From the IMG/VR virus record IMGVR_UViG_3300044769_000253, positions 15,549 to 79,548 of that record: a stretch of DNA of 64,000 bases; one strand, 5' to 3'. The DNA comes from a virus. Under the pieces are notes generated by a model. The model saw only the letters and a list, made by a program, of their open reading frames with translations, was not told the origin of the DNA and did no database searches. How positions within the stretch are numbered: the first letter of the stretch is position 1; each line of letters opens with the position of its first letter. This document shows, in pieces, positions 36,764 to 46,792 of the stretch. Made by a program: the position numbers and the translations under genes.

Positions 36764-38283
36764 CGATCCAGATCGCTGGCTACACCACGTCCGACAAGGT
36801 CCCCGGCTACGTTGGCGAGACGAAGTATGGCCGCGGGAAGACCTCGATCGGCGCGATTTCGCTGAAGTGTTTGGTCGTCGGCAGCATGCTTTCGACGGGC
36901 TCCGCGACGGCTGACACCGACCTGGTGAGCATCTTCACGACCGACGAGGCTGACACCCAGTTTGGCGCTGCCTCCGAAATCGCAATGATGTGCTACGCGG
37001 CGCTTTCGGTGCCCGGGGTTACGCTCGTTGCGGCACCGCTCGCCGATCCCACTGGCGTGCAGGCGCAGGTCACCGTGCAGGTGACTGGAACGTGGACCAC
37101 GTCGGGGACCGTGCGGCTCTTCCTCGACGGCATCCCGATCGACGTGAGCGTCGCTTCCACAGATGTCGTCGGCGATGTGGCGACTTCGATCAACGCGGCA
37201 GTGAACCAGAAGAACACGCCGCTGTTCCCAACCCTGCCCTTCGCGTCCACCGTCGCGACCGACACGGCGACGGTCAAATGCCGAAACAAGGGCCTTCGCG
37301 GCAACACCCACGTCATCGACACAGACCTGAGTCTCGCGCCGGCTGGACTCGGCCTCGTCGTGACCGGTGGTTCGGCTCTGACAGACGGGATCATCCCGTT
37401 CGTCTCCGGTACCGGTTCCGACGATGTGACCAACGTGCTCGCCCTGCTGACGACTGACGTCTACGACTACCCGGCGTTCGCGCAGGCAGACAGCTCGAAT
37501 CTGGCGCTCATCAAGGCGCAGGTCGCATCCGAGGCCGGGCCGCTCGTGGGCCACATGGAGCACTACACAGTGGCCTCCGCGCGCGCGCTGAGCACTGCGA
37601 CGAGTCTCGCAAGCACAACCCTCAACGACCAGCGTGGCGCAGTGGTGTGGGGTCTCAACGTCGAGACGCACCCGAGCGTCATAGCCGCTGAGATGGCGGC
37701 GCACCGTTCTGTGAGCGACGGAGACAACCCGAACGGGTTCTGGTCCAACAAGGACATCACGTGGGCGGGCAAGCTGAATTGCGTTGCGCCGCAGCGCTAC
37801 AAGGCAGACATCGCGAAGCGCGCCACGCTGAAGGCGGCGCTCGACAGCGGAGTGACGCCTCTGATGACCGCTCCCGACGGCACGGTGTCGATCTCGCGTG
37901 GCATCGTCACTCACTGCCTGAACGGAGCAGCGCCCGACTACCGCACGCTGGACTGGGCAGACGCTGTGGTGCCCGACCGAATTCGCAAGGAGCTCGGCGC
38001 ACAGTACGAGCTCGAGCAACAGTCCAACCCGTACGCAGGCCCGGACCCGGCATCGAACGAGAGGCCTGCGCCGGAAGGTGTGCTCACGCCGACGCTGTGG
38101 AATGCGAGCGCGACCAAGGTCCTCAAGGATGCAGAGACCGCGAATTGGATCGAGGCAGTCGATTCGAATCTTCCGGTGTCCGAGTGGGACGCGGCAGCAA
38201 AGCGCATCATGAGCGCGGTTCCGGTCGTCGTCCGCAGCAAGAACTACGCGCTCGGCGCATCCGTGCGTCAGACGGCAGCGTGA
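36760..38283 (+). CDS. contractile tail sheath protein (Mu gpL-like)
   Basis: VPG.Y.E, A...FG..SE, KG..GN, AL..GVTPL, R..T. Confidence 0.9.
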   Translation: MTIQIAGYTTSDKVPGYVGETKYGRGKTSIGAISLKCLVVGSMLSTGSATADTDLVSIFTTDEADTQFGAASEIAMMCYAALSVPGVTLVAAPLADPTGVQAQVTVQVTGTWTTSGTVRLFLDGIPIDVSVASTDVVGDVATSINAAVNQKNTPLFPTLPFASTVATDTATVKCRNKGLRGNTHVIDTDLSLAPAGLGLVVTGGSALTDGIIPFVSGTGSDDVTNVLALLTTDVYDYPAFAQADSSNLALIKAQVASEAGPLVGHMEHYTVASARALSTATSLASTTLNDQRGAVVWGLNVETHPSVIAAEMAAHRSVSDGDNPNGFWSNKDITWAGKLNCVAPQRYKADIAKRATLKAALDSGVTPLMTAPDGTVSISRGIVTHCLNGAAPDYRTLDWADAVVPDRIRKELGAQYELEQQSNPYAGPDPASNERPAPEGVLTPTLWNASATKVLKDAETANWIEAVDSNLPVSEWDAAAKRIMSAVPVVVRSKNYALGASVRQTAA

Positions 38284-38290
38284 ACGCCCT

Positions 38291-38419
38291 AACCGGTAGC
38301 TCACCGCTACCGGTTCCCCATCCAAAAGACGTCTGGCGCTGTCCCCTCCAGCGCCTGACCCGGCGCCCCTCTCGCGCTGCGAGTCGTGGCGCCACCTCTA
38401 CCTGCTCCGCGCCGCGGAG
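38291..38419 (+). other. four tandem GC-rich hairpins in the sheath-tube intergenic region
   Basis: AACCGGTAGC/GCTACCGGTT; GGCGCTG/CAGCGCC; GGCGCC..CTCGC/GCGAG..GGCGCC; CTCCGC/GCGGAG. Confidence 0.5.
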
Positions 38420-38448
38420 TGTTGCACCAACCCGCACAGGGATAACCC

Positions 38449-38820
38449 ATGATCATCCGCAATTGCTCGTTCTACCTGAACGGCAAGAAGATGGGCACCG
38501 CCAACACCGGCACGCTCACGCTGGACTCAGGAGACGAGCAGCAGATCGGAGACGGTGCGGTCATCGGCGCATCGCAAGGCGTCATCAAGGCGACGATCGA
38601 TGTGACGTCGGTCGAGCCTGTTGCAGGCGCGCGCGATGGTCTCATCCGTGCCTTCATGGAGAAGCAAGAGCTCCAGGTGTCCGCCGGAATCATCGACGGG
38701 CGCATCTTCAAGTGCACCATGAAGCCCTTCAACGTGTCGTGGGACACCGACATGGCACGAGGTTCGCTGACGCGCAAAGCGACATTCCAGAACGTCGAAG
38801 AACCGCAGTTCGTCGGATAA
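38449..38820 (+). CDS. tail tube protein (putative)
   Basis: 123 aa, beta-rich, follows sheath. Confidence 0.6.
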   Translation: MIIRNCSFYLNGKKMGTANTGTLTLDSGDEQQIGDGAVIGASQGVIKATIDVTSVEPVAGARDGLIRAFMEKQELQVSAGIIDGRIFKCTMKPFNVSWDTDMARGSLTRKATFQNVEEPQFVG

Positions 38821-38869
38821 CGCCACCACATCAGCCCGCCGCTGACGGGCATCGCTTGAGAACAACGCG

Positions 38870-39541
38870 ATGAAACTGTCAGACATTGTAGCGGGCACCC
38901 GAGCGATCAAGCGCGTTCCGCTTGCGCTCGTCAACGTATCTAGCCCGCTAGTGCCAGAGCCCCATGAGCTCGAGGCGCAGCGGGCTAGTGCTGTTTCTGA
39001 GCGAGAGATCATCGTCGGTCTGCGCGTGCTCAGTGGCGGCGAGACAGTCGAGATTTTGAAACGGTCGCGCGCGTACTGCGTTGCCAACGGTGTACCAGAA
39101 CCGAGCGAGTCGGAGCCGTTGTACAACCTGTCCGTCAGCGTGCACAAGCTGGCGTTTGCATGCGTCGATCCAGACACCGACCCGAAGTCTCCAGCCCTGT
39201 TCTTTGGTAGTACGGTCGAGGAAGCCGTCGACACGATCTTGAATTCGCCGCACGTGGGGCGCGACGGCATAGCCTATCTCGACGAACAACAGGAACTCTG
39301 GCAGGACCAGTGCAATCCGCAGGCGCTCAAGATGTCGCCGGACAAGCTACTCGACATGGTCGGGGAGGTGGCGCGTGACGCGGAGCTTTTACGACGTTTG
39401 CGGCCAGGTTTGCGCGTGATCTTCGCGCATTTTATGGCCAACCTGCTTGTGAGCTCACCCGAGCACAGGTCGCTCTTTGGAGCAGTCTCCGAGCCAGATT
39501 CCGAGACGAGTTCGAGTCCAAGCCATGACGGGATTTCGTGA
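38870..39541 (+). CDS. tail assembly chaperone (putative)
   Basis: Synteny between tube and tape measure. Confidence 0.5.
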   Translation: MKLSDIVAGTRAIKRVPLALVNVSSPLVPEPHELEAQRASAVSEREIIVGLRVLSGGETVEILKRSRAYCVANGVPEPSESEPLYNLSVSVHKLAFACVDPDTDPKSPALFFGSTVEEAVDTILNSPHVGRDGIAYLDEQQELWQDQCNPQALKMSPDKLLDMVGEVARDAELLRRLRPGLRVIFAHFMANLLVSSPEHRSLFGAVSEPDSETSSSPSHDGIS

Positions 39542-40085
39542 GTCAGTCGGTGGTGCGGGTCACGTGCCGGCGCCGGCGACGCTCGAGCTTGGACCGGCCG
39601 CATTCTCGCCAACCTGGCGCAGTCGCCCGAAGTCGGCGATCGTCTTCGGGCTGCGTGTGCCATCGGAGCGCGACCTCCAGTCGGCGAGAGCGGAGGCGGC
39701 AAAACAGGCCGCACAGCTGGTCGCAGACCTGAACGATCCAGACGTCACGATCGACACGTTCAACGACGCATTGCTGTCTCAGCTCGTGAGCTATGCCATC
39801 TGCGACCCTTCGAACGTCGAGGCGGTGCATCCGGTGCTCGAGTTCCCGCAGGACCAAGTCCAGGAGTACCTGACGAGCAACACGATTCGCCGCATCTTCG
39901 ACGAGGTGGAGCGGCTTCAGGTGGCGACGTCGCCACTGTTCCCGGAGGCGGACGCGGCCGACATCATCGAACTGATAGGCTTGCTGCAAGCGAACCGCCT
40001 TGGCGACGTGGATGCAGTGACAGCGCGGCGAACCCGCCGATTCTTGCGCTTCGTGCTCGACGAGTTGAGGCCGACCGATGCCTGA
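39525..40085 (+). CDS. second tail assembly chaperone (putative)
   Basis: ATG 39525; shares LR..S features with the preceding gene. Confidence 0.5.
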   Translation: MTGFRESVGGAGHVPAPATLELGPAAFSPTWRSRPKSAIVFGLRVPSERDLQSARAEAAKQAAQLVADLNDPDVTIDTFNDALLSQLVSYAICDPSNVEAVHPVLEFPQDQVQEYLTSNTIRRIFDEVERLQVATSPLFPEADAADIIELIGLLQANRLGDVDAVTARRTRRFLRFVLDELRPTDA

Positions 40086-42246
40086 CGGCACCGTCAGGAT
40101 CCGCGTCGGCGCAAGTTTGGACCGATCGGTCGAAGTGGTCTTCTCGCAGATCGAAAAGCGCGGCCAGCGCGCGGCGAAAACCATCGAGACGCAGATGAGC
40201 CGCGGCGTGGGCCGCTCGGGGAGCGGCTCACCGTACCGTACGGCCGCCCAGGAGTTCGAGCGCTCGCAGCAAGCGATTGCGCGAGCAGCAGACCGTAGTG
40301 CCCGCGACAGGGAGCGATACGAGCGGCGTGCAGTCAAGGCCGCTGTCGGCGGCTGGGTCGAGATCGGCAAAGTGGCCGAGCGTGAGATGCGGCGGATTTC
40401 TCGGGAGCGCCAGAGGGAGGTCGACCGGTTCGCCACCCGGACGTCGCACCGAGCTACGCGATTCGCCTTCGGCGCTCCCGAGGGAATGGCTCGGTTCGGA
40501 CGTCGCGTCGGTCAGGATTTCCTGCGGGGCGCCGGCGTCGACTTCAACATCGGCGGGGCGGTGCAGCGCGGAATCGGCCTGCAGACGTCCGCGATCGGGT
40601 TGGCGCAGCAGGAGCGCATCGCCAGCGGGAGCAGCCGCGGCGCTGGGGCGTTCGCTGCAGAGGCGCGCACGCAGGCGCAGGCTCTCGGCACCACGCCCGA
40701 AAAGATCATCGAGATGCAGCGCGCGTTCACGGGGAAGACCGGTGACTTCGGCGCGATGAGCTCCATCACCCCGCGACTCGGCAAGATGGCGCTTGCGGCG
40801 GGGGCCGACCTCGGCGAGATGGGCGACGCTGCCGGCTACGTGTTCAACCAGCTGAAGGATCTTCCTGACGCGGGCGAGCGCACCATCGCGGTGATGCGCA
40901 ACATCGTTGGTCAGACCGCGGTGGGCGCAGTAGAAATGAAGGACTTTGCGACTCAAATGGGCCGCATCGCCGCAAACGCAGGGCACTTCGCCGGCGACAA
41001 GGGGTCGAACATCTCCAAGCTGGGCGCGTTGGCTCAGTTGTCGATTGCTACAGGTGGCGCGAGCAGCGCGGCGGACGCGGCGCGGTCGGTCGGTGCGTTC
41101 GCGACGACCTTCAAGACGAAAGCGCGAATCGGCGCCTTCGAGAAGCAAGGCATCGACGTCTTCACGGACAAGTCACGGAATACCATCAAGGATCCGTTCG
41201 CGCTCATCAAGGAGTCTCTCGTCCAAACCAAGGGCGACATCCCGAAGATGTCGACGCTGTTCGCCAGCGTGCTCGGCAACAAGCCGGTGACGGCGCTGGC
41301 GCAGGTGTTCAAGGGAGCGGGTGGAGGGCAGGCCGGGCTCAAGGCAGTCGACGCCGAGCTCGACAAGTACATGCGCGCGCAACTCGACGCGACGACGGAG
41401 GCGAAGAACTTTGCCGACCACATGGCGAGCGACGCCGTCAAGGCCCAGCAGTTCCAGAATGCACTCGACCAGATCGTCATGACGACTGCGAACAAGGTGC
41501 TGCCGGCGTTCGAGCGGTTGGCACCCGACGTGCTGAAGCTTGCTGAAGCATCGGGTGAGGTCGCGAGCTTCCTGGCCAACAACTTGGGCGGCACGGTTGC
41601 TCTGGCCATCACTGCGTCGATCGCGAAGGCGGGCGTGGAGTCAGCGTTTCGATCAGGCGTCGAGTCGATGATCAAGGGCGCGCTCGGCTCCGCTCCTGGT
41701 CAGATGCCGGGGGCCGCAGGGATTGGTGCCGTCAGCAATGCTGGTGCATACCTGGCCATAGCGGCTGTCGGCGTGGCAACGTTCACGGTCACCAAGATGG
41801 TCGTGGAGCACATGCTGAACGAGGAAGCCGAGGCTCAGGGGAAAGCCGCAGTCGAAAACGCGCAGGGTGGCGCAACCCTGGTCAACGCCGAGATCGCAGC
41901 CAAGAGTGGGCAAATCGATCCGCAGCTGCTCGAGCAGGTCAAGAAGGAACGGATCAACCTGGCGAAACGAGTTGCGGGCGCCACGGTGCTGAAAAACAAC
42001 GGCGGGCCCGGTGAGTTGGAACGTCTATCCGCGCTTGCTGGAGGTCGCGAAAAGGAATACGCGGCCGCGTCGACGGACATCGGTCACATCGACGAACTCA
42101 AGGATGAACAGCGCCGCATGACCAAACTCTTGGAGATGGTCAGAAGCGGCGTGCTCAAGGTCTCCATCGTGGATGGCCCGCCGGGAGTTGATCCACGCGG
42201 GCGTCAGCCGCCGCCGGGTGTGCCGCCGATGCTGGCGCGGCCGTGA
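40078..42246 (+). CDS. tape measure protein
   Basis: 722 aa, Ala/Gly-rich helical, hydrophobic C-terminal segments; synteny. Confidence 0.8.
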   Translation: MPDGTVRIRVGASLDRSVEVVFSQIEKRGQRAAKTIETQMSRGVGRSGSGSPYRTAAQEFERSQQAIARAADRSARDRERYERRAVKAAVGGWVEIGKVAEREMRRISRERQREVDRFATRTSHRATRFAFGAPEGMARFGRRVGQDFLRGAGVDFNIGGAVQRGIGLQTSAIGLAQQERIASGSSRGAGAFAAEARTQAQALGTTPEKIIEMQRAFTGKTGDFGAMSSITPRLGKMALAAGADLGEMGDAAGYVFNQLKDLPDAGERTIAVMRNIVGQTAVGAVEMKDFATQMGRIAANAGHFAGDKGSNISKLGALAQLSIATGGASSAADAARSVGAFATTFKTKARIGAFEKQGIDVFTDKSRNTIKDPFALIKESLVQTKGDIPKMSTLFASVLGNKPVTALAQVFKGAGGGQAGLKAVDAELDKYMRAQLDATTEAKNFADHMASDAVKAQQFQNALDQIVMTTANKVLPAFERLAPDVLKLAEASGEVASFLANNLGGTVALAITASIAKAGVESAFRSGVESMIKGALGSAPGQMPGAAGIGAVSNAGAYLAIAAVGVATFTVTKMVVEHMLNEEAEAQGKAAVENAQGGATLVNAEIAAKSGQIDPQLLEQVKKERINLAKRVAGATVLKNNGGPGELERLSALAGGREKEYAAASTDIGHIDELKDEQRRMTKLLEMVRSGVLKVSIVDGPPGVDPRGRQPPPGVPPMLARP

Positions 42247-42406
42247 GCGCGTCGACTTGCTGCAAGATCGCGCCACTGCGTGCGTTCTCTTCGGCGGCTT
42301 CGCGTTGGGCCTGCGCCTCTCCGTGCAACAGGTAGAGAAGACCGATCAGTCCAGCCGCACACGTTGCCGATAGAAGCGCAACGATTGTCCAGGTGCGGGC
42401 GCTCAT
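42155..42406 (-). CDS. small membrane-anchored protein, antisense to the tail operon
   Basis: TM segment WTIVALLSATCAAGLIGLLYLL; ATGA-coupled to 42403-42699; overlaps TMP 3' end. Confidence 0.45.
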   Translation of the reverse strand: MSARTWTIVALLSATCAAGLIGLLYLLHGEAQAQREAAEENARSGAILQQVDALTAAPASAAHPAAADARVDQLPAGHPRWRP

Positions 42407-42699
42407 CGTGCGGAACATTCGCCAGAGGCTACCTGAGCGGCGCTCGGCTCATAGCAGCAGTTCCGATCTGGGCATTCGCCCGAAACAACCTGAGCGGCGC
42501 TCGGGCCGACGCAACAGTCAGGCTCGACCCAATGCATCCTGCACCATGCGCACGGGTCTGCAGCAGCGTCATCGATTGAGCCAATCGGCCCCGTGTCTTC
42601 ACCGGCATCGACTTGCGGGATTGGATCGGGAGCAGGCTCGACGATCACCGTGGTGCAGCCAGCGACAAAGAAGAAAACGCCAAACACCCAACGCGCCAT
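42403..42699 (-). CDS. small Cys-rich lipoprotein
   Basis: Lipobox FFVAGC; tandem CC..PSAAQV.SGEC repeat. Confidence 0.6.
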   Translation of the reverse strand: MARWVFGVFFFVAGCTTVIVEPAPDPIPQVDAGEDTGPIGSIDDAAADPCAWCRMHWVEPDCCVGPSAAQVVSGECPDRNCCYEPSAAQVASGECSAR

Positions 42700-42762
42700 G
42701 ATCCGAAAAGTTCGGGCGCGGAAGACGAACTGTCAAGCGGTGGTGGCTAAGCTCGCGTAACG

Positions 42763-43659
42763 ATGGCCTATTTCGACACGCTTCGCCCCGTCAGCTTCGG
42801 CGGCATTCAGTTCCCGACGCAACAAGTGCGGGTGCAGGGCGGCGTGCGCGATCACGTCCACGAGTACCCCCATCAGCCCGGTGGCGCGCCCGAGAAGCTG
42901 GGGCGAAAGCTTTACGAGATCAACATCACGGCCGACTTTCAGGCCGCCTTGACCAACCCGTCCTACCGCGATCTGCATGCGCGGCTCGGACAATTGCGCA
43001 GCATGTTCGAGACCGAGACCAGTGCCTCTCTCGTCCTGCCCACCATCGGCACGATCACGGCCTACGCGGTCAACTGGTCGCAGACGATGGAGGCCAAGAA
43101 CCGAAGCGGGGAGCGCGCCGAACTCATGTTCCGAGAGGACCAGTCGGCGGCGTTTCTGACGAGCACCATCCTGCAGGAGAGCGCGGGCAAGATGGGCGAC
43201 AGGCTCACCGATTGGAACGTGCAGATCGGAACGCTGAAGCCCCGCCCGCCGAGCATCTTCGATAGAATCAGCGCCGCAGCGAACTCCGTGCTCGCCATCA
43301 AGGACCAGGTCGACCTGTACGGCGAGCTCGTGGAGGCGAAGATCCTCGGCCTGCTCGAGTTGATTCGTGAGGCTGACAAGGATGTGCGTGAGCTGAACGA
43401 GCCGCAGGCATACCGCATCTGTGATGCGTTGCTCGCGCTCTGGGATTCGGCAAACCAGCTGCACCAGGACATCGTCGATCGCGGAGTCAAGCTCGTGTCG
43501 TACGTTGTGCCAGTGCAGATGAACGTGGCGCAGATCAGTGGTGCTGTCTTCGGTGGCGACTCGTCGCGCGGCGGCGACCTGATGGGTCTCAACGGGTTTC
43601 CCGATCCGTTCTCAGTGGTCGCGGGAACTGTCGTTCGTTACTACGCGAACGCGGCGTGA
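42763..43659 (+). CDS. DNA circularisation N-terminal-domain protein (Mu-like tail/baseplate initiator)
   Basis: SFGGI.F, HEYP......E.LGRK, L..P..G. Confidence 0.8.
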   Translation: MAYFDTLRPVSFGGIQFPTQQVRVQGGVRDHVHEYPHQPGGAPEKLGRKLYEINITADFQAALTNPSYRDLHARLGQLRSMFETETSASLVLPTIGTITAYAVNWSQTMEAKNRSGERAELMFREDQSAAFLTSTILQESAGKMGDRLTDWNVQIGTLKPRPPSIFDRISAAANSVLAIKDQVDLYGELVEAKILGLLELIREADKDVRELNEPQAYRICDALLALWDSANQLHQDIVDRGVKLVSYVVPVQMNVAQISGAVFGGDSSRGGDLMGLNGFPDPFSVVAGTVVRYYANAA

Positions 43660-43662
43660 TTC

Positions 43663-44907
43663 ATGCTCGACGAACTCAAGTTGGGGGGCGATGACGATGT
43701 CGTGCGCCTGCGCCTCGGCGGCACCGACGTGCGTATCGCCGAATCCTACGACGTCCACATGTCCGTGCTGCAGCAGCCGGCCGCGTTCACGTTGCGGCTG
43801 GGATGGGGCAAGACCGCGGCGGAGTTGCTTGCGCTGGCTGCGCCTGGGACGAAGTTCGAGCTTCTGATCGCCGGCCAAGTCATCCAGTCCGGGCGCGTAG
43901 ATTCACGCGGCGTGCCGGGCAGTGCGGTGACCGAGGTGGAGATCAAGGGGCGCGACTTTCTGGCATCGCTCTACGACGCATTCGTGGAGGAGGAAATCAG
44001 TCTCAACGAGTCAACCTACGAGACGTTGACACGTCGCGTGCTGGACATCGTTGGACTCACCGAGGAAGCGGGGCACTTCCTCGAGATCAACAACGACGCG
44101 AATCGGGAACTGATCGGCCGCGTCAAAGTGGCAGTGCAGGGGGCAACGGAGAAGCTCGACCAGATCGAAACTGGCACCTCGGGCGGCTCCGGGAAGATGG
44201 TCTACCAGTCGTTGAAGGCGAAGCTAGGTGAGCGCTGGTTGGATCTGCTGACCCGGCACTACAAGCTAGCTGGCCTGTTCCTTTGGTGCGGCGGCGACGG
44301 GAGGATCATCCTCGCGCGACCTCGAGCGAACCAACCTGCGATCGCCAAGTTGGTTCGACGGCGCGGAGATGGCGGGGAGCCTCCAGTCGGCAATGTGCTG
44401 AACGCCAGACTCGAAGACAACACGGCGATGCGCCACAGCGCTGCGATCGTTTACGGGCGCTACGGCAGCGCGGCTACCGGGCGCAAAAAGGCGCGCGGCG
44501 AGATGCTCGACCCCGAAATGATCGAGTACGGGCTACCGAACAAGATCGTCACGATCTACGACGAGGACGTCACCAACAAGGACGAGGCTGAATACGTTGC
44601 GCGCCGCACGATCGCCGAAGAACATCGCGAGGGATGGACGCTCGAGTACACCGTGAGCGGGCACACCACAGAGAGCCTGCATCAAAAGGGTGATTCGATC
44701 ACGTGGATACCTGACACGGTGGTCCAAGTGGAGGACAACGAACTCGGAATCGCAGGCGACTTCTACCTCGAATCGGTCACGTATCGGCGCAGCCCGCATA
44801 CGACCACAACCCTGAAGCTCATGCGAGCGGAGGATCTAGTCTTCGCAAAGGACGAGGAAATCCACGACAAGAAGATGACACGGAAGCTGTTCGGGCAGAC
44901 GAAATGA
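43663..44907 (+). CDS. baseplate hub protein (Mu gpP-like)
   Basis: F.LR, I.G.V, IKGRD..A.L.D, late-control D-like layout. Confidence 0.78.
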   Translation: MLDELKLGGDDDVVRLRLGGTDVRIAESYDVHMSVLQQPAAFTLRLGWGKTAAELLALAAPGTKFELLIAGQVIQSGRVDSRGVPGSAVTEVEIKGRDFLASLYDAFVEEEISLNESTYETLTRRVLDIVGLTEEAGHFLEINNDANRELIGRVKVAVQGATEKLDQIETGTSGGSGKMVYQSLKAKLGERWLDLLTRHYKLAGLFLWCGGDGRIILARPRANQPAIAKLVRRRGDGGEPPVGNVLNARLEDNTAMRHSAAIVYGRYGSAATGRKKARGEMLDPEMIEYGLPNKIVTIYDEDVTNKDEAEYVARRTIAEEHREGWTLEYTVSGHTTESLHQKGDSITWIPDTVVQVEDNELGIAGDFYLESVTYRRSPHTTTTLKLMRAEDLVFAKDEEIHDKKMTRKLFGQTK

Positions 44908-45608
44908 AGTTCGAGATCAGCACAGCTCTGCTCACGGGATATGACGCGGATGGTTTCCTCGGTGTGCAGGTCGACGCGCACGGATCGAAGGGGTTCACGC
45001 CATACACGCTCTGGCATACGTACGGCTTTGTTTCGCGCCCGCTAGACCCAGACGACGACACGGGATGTACGGTCTTGCAGGCCGAGCAAGGTCGCCAGGG
45101 CTTCGCATGGCTGCTCAACGACCCGCGCGTTCAGAGCAAGGTTCCGCAGGTCAAGCAGGGAGGCTCGGCACAGTACGCAAGCGATGGCGCGTTCGCTTCG
45201 CTCGACCCTGAGACGCATACGTGGACGCTCTATGTGCCGTATGAGTTTGCGAACGACGTCGCTACCAAGGCCCACGTGGTCACAGTGGGCGTCGACGGGA
45301 ACGGCAAGCCCATAGTCGAGCTATCGAGCGGCACTGGGCTCTCCGTCACGCTGCTGGACGAGACCATCACGATCGCCAACGCGGACGGCTCGGCGTGGAT
45401 TCAGCTCGACGCCAACGGCACCACGGTGATCGGTCCGCTGAAGGCCTACGGCGGCTGCGACCTCGGCGGCGAAGCGTCGCTGCCACTCGCGAAGGCGGCC
45501 GAGCTCACGACATGGGCGGCGCTGGTGAGCGCGGCGCTGAACACCCTCGGTGCGCCCGTCGCGCCGTTGTCGCCGACGGTTGCCACGGTCCTGACTAAGG
45601 GGGCATAG
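44904..45608 (+). CDS. baseplate spike/assembly protein (Mu gp45/gpV-like)
   Basis: YGF.SRP, GG.AQY, C-terminal beta-repeats. Confidence 0.7.
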   Translation: MKFEISTALLTGYDADGFLGVQVDAHGSKGFTPYTLWHTYGFVSRPLDPDDDTGCTVLQAEQGRQGFAWLLNDPRVQSKVPQVKQGGSAQYASDGAFASLDPETHTWTLYVPYEFANDVATKAHVVTVGVDGNGKPIVELSSGTGLSVTLLDETITIANADGSAWIQLDANGTTVIGPLKAYGGCDLGGEASLPLAKAAELTTWAALVSAALNTLGAPVAPLSPTVATVLTKGA

Positions 45609-45612
45609 CCCC

Positions 45613-45936
45613 ATGTCCACGCGTTGCGCCTTCGCCATCGCACTCCTGGCGATCCCAGGCCTTTCGCTGCCGCCCGTTGGCCTGCCGCCCGTGCCGACCC
45701 TGGCTCTCCGCGTGGACCTTCCGGGCGTTGCGGTGCCCGCGTTGGCGCTCCCGCCACTCGCCCTTCCCTCGCCATCGATCCCCTCGCTCCCGCCCCTACC
45801 AGCCCGCCCAGTGCTCCCGGGCGTGCCTGTTCCGAGCCTGACGCTGCCCATCCCGCCGGCGCTTCCGGCCGGACCTCCCATCCCCGAGCTCCCCGAGCTC
45901 CCCAGCAGACCCTGCCCGCTCGACGTCGTCGCGTGA
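45613..45936 (+). CDS. Pro/Leu-rich small protein
   Basis: Repeated LPxLP; ends CPLD; follows spike gene. Confidence 0.5.
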   Translation: MSTRCAFAIALLAIPGLSLPPVGLPPVPTLALRVDLPGVAVPALALPPLALPSPSIPSLPPLPARPVLPGVPVPSLTLPIPPALPAGPPIPELPELPSRPCPLDVVA

Positions 45937-46009
45937 GCCGCCCCGTCGTTCGGCGCCGCCGACTGCTCGAGCAGCTCGAGACATCACCGTCACGAAGGAG
46001 ACCTGACCC

Positions 46010-46792
46010 ATGCCCGACCTGCCCACCGTACGCGATCTGATTCACGCCCGTGACTGGTATCCACTCGTGGCCGTCATCTTGACGATTCTGGTCGCGGTGG
46101 CTCGCCGCATGGGTCCGGCGCTGTGGGAGATGATTCCGAAACGCTTGCAATGGGCGGTTCCGCTTTTCATCGCCGCGTCTACCGGTTTCGTCGACGCTGA
46201 GGTGAGCGGAGCCACCTGGATGATGGCGCTGGTCGGAGCTCTCTACGCGGTACTCGCGATCGGGGTTCCAGCGATCGGTCTGTTGCACACGGCGAAGCGC
46301 GTGATGGGCATCGGCAGCGCAGCGAATTCGGTGGCCAAAGTCGCGATCTTGCTTCTGGTGATGACGTCACTCGGTGGCTGCGCTGCGTTTCGCTCGACAG
46401 CTCGTGACGTCTCCGATGCAACTCGCGATGTCTGCGAAGCCGTCCTGTCCCAGCGTGTCGAAGTGAAGGCCCAGGCTCAACGCCAGGGTATCAATCCCGT
46501 CGACGTCGCCTCACCCGTTCCCAGCGGTGCGCGTGGGTCGGTGGCGCGAGCGCACGCTTGTGCTGGACGTCGTCCAGGTTGGCCAGGTCACGAGCGCGCG
46601 CGTCCGGGTTGCAGAGGTCCTTGCGGTTCTGCAGCGCGTAGCGGTGATTGGGGGTGGACACGTTGGGGGCCTCCGTTGGCAGCGTGCGCGGCTTCGGGGT
46701 CATGGATCAGCGTGATGCGCGTAATCTTCACTTCAGCCGCTCCTTGCCGAAGCGCGTCAGCTTTAGATCTCCGGATTGCACATCGTGCATGA
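46010..46792 (+). CDS. multi-TM membrane protein with lipobox-like segment, natural sequence probably broken near 46510
   Basis: AAGGAG RBS; 3-4 TM helices, LGGC; after about 46510 the frame reads antisense of other genes. Confidence 0.5.
   Translation: MPDLPTVRDLIHARDWYPLVAVILTILVAVARRMGPALWEMIPKRLQWAVPLFIAASTGFVDAEVSGATWMMALVGALYAVLAIGVPAIGLLHTAKRVMGIGSAANSVAKVAILLLVMTSLGGCAAFRSTARDVSDATRDVCEAVLSQRVEVKAQAQRQGINPVDVASPVPSGARGSVARAHACAGRRPGWPGHERARPGCRGPCGSAARSGDWGWTRWGPPLAACAASGSWISVMRVIFTSAAPCRSASALDLRIAHRA

Noticed and set aside
38870-40085. Programmed frameshift between tail chaperones
   Set aside because: No clear slippery heptamer, and the second ORF has its own ATG at 39525
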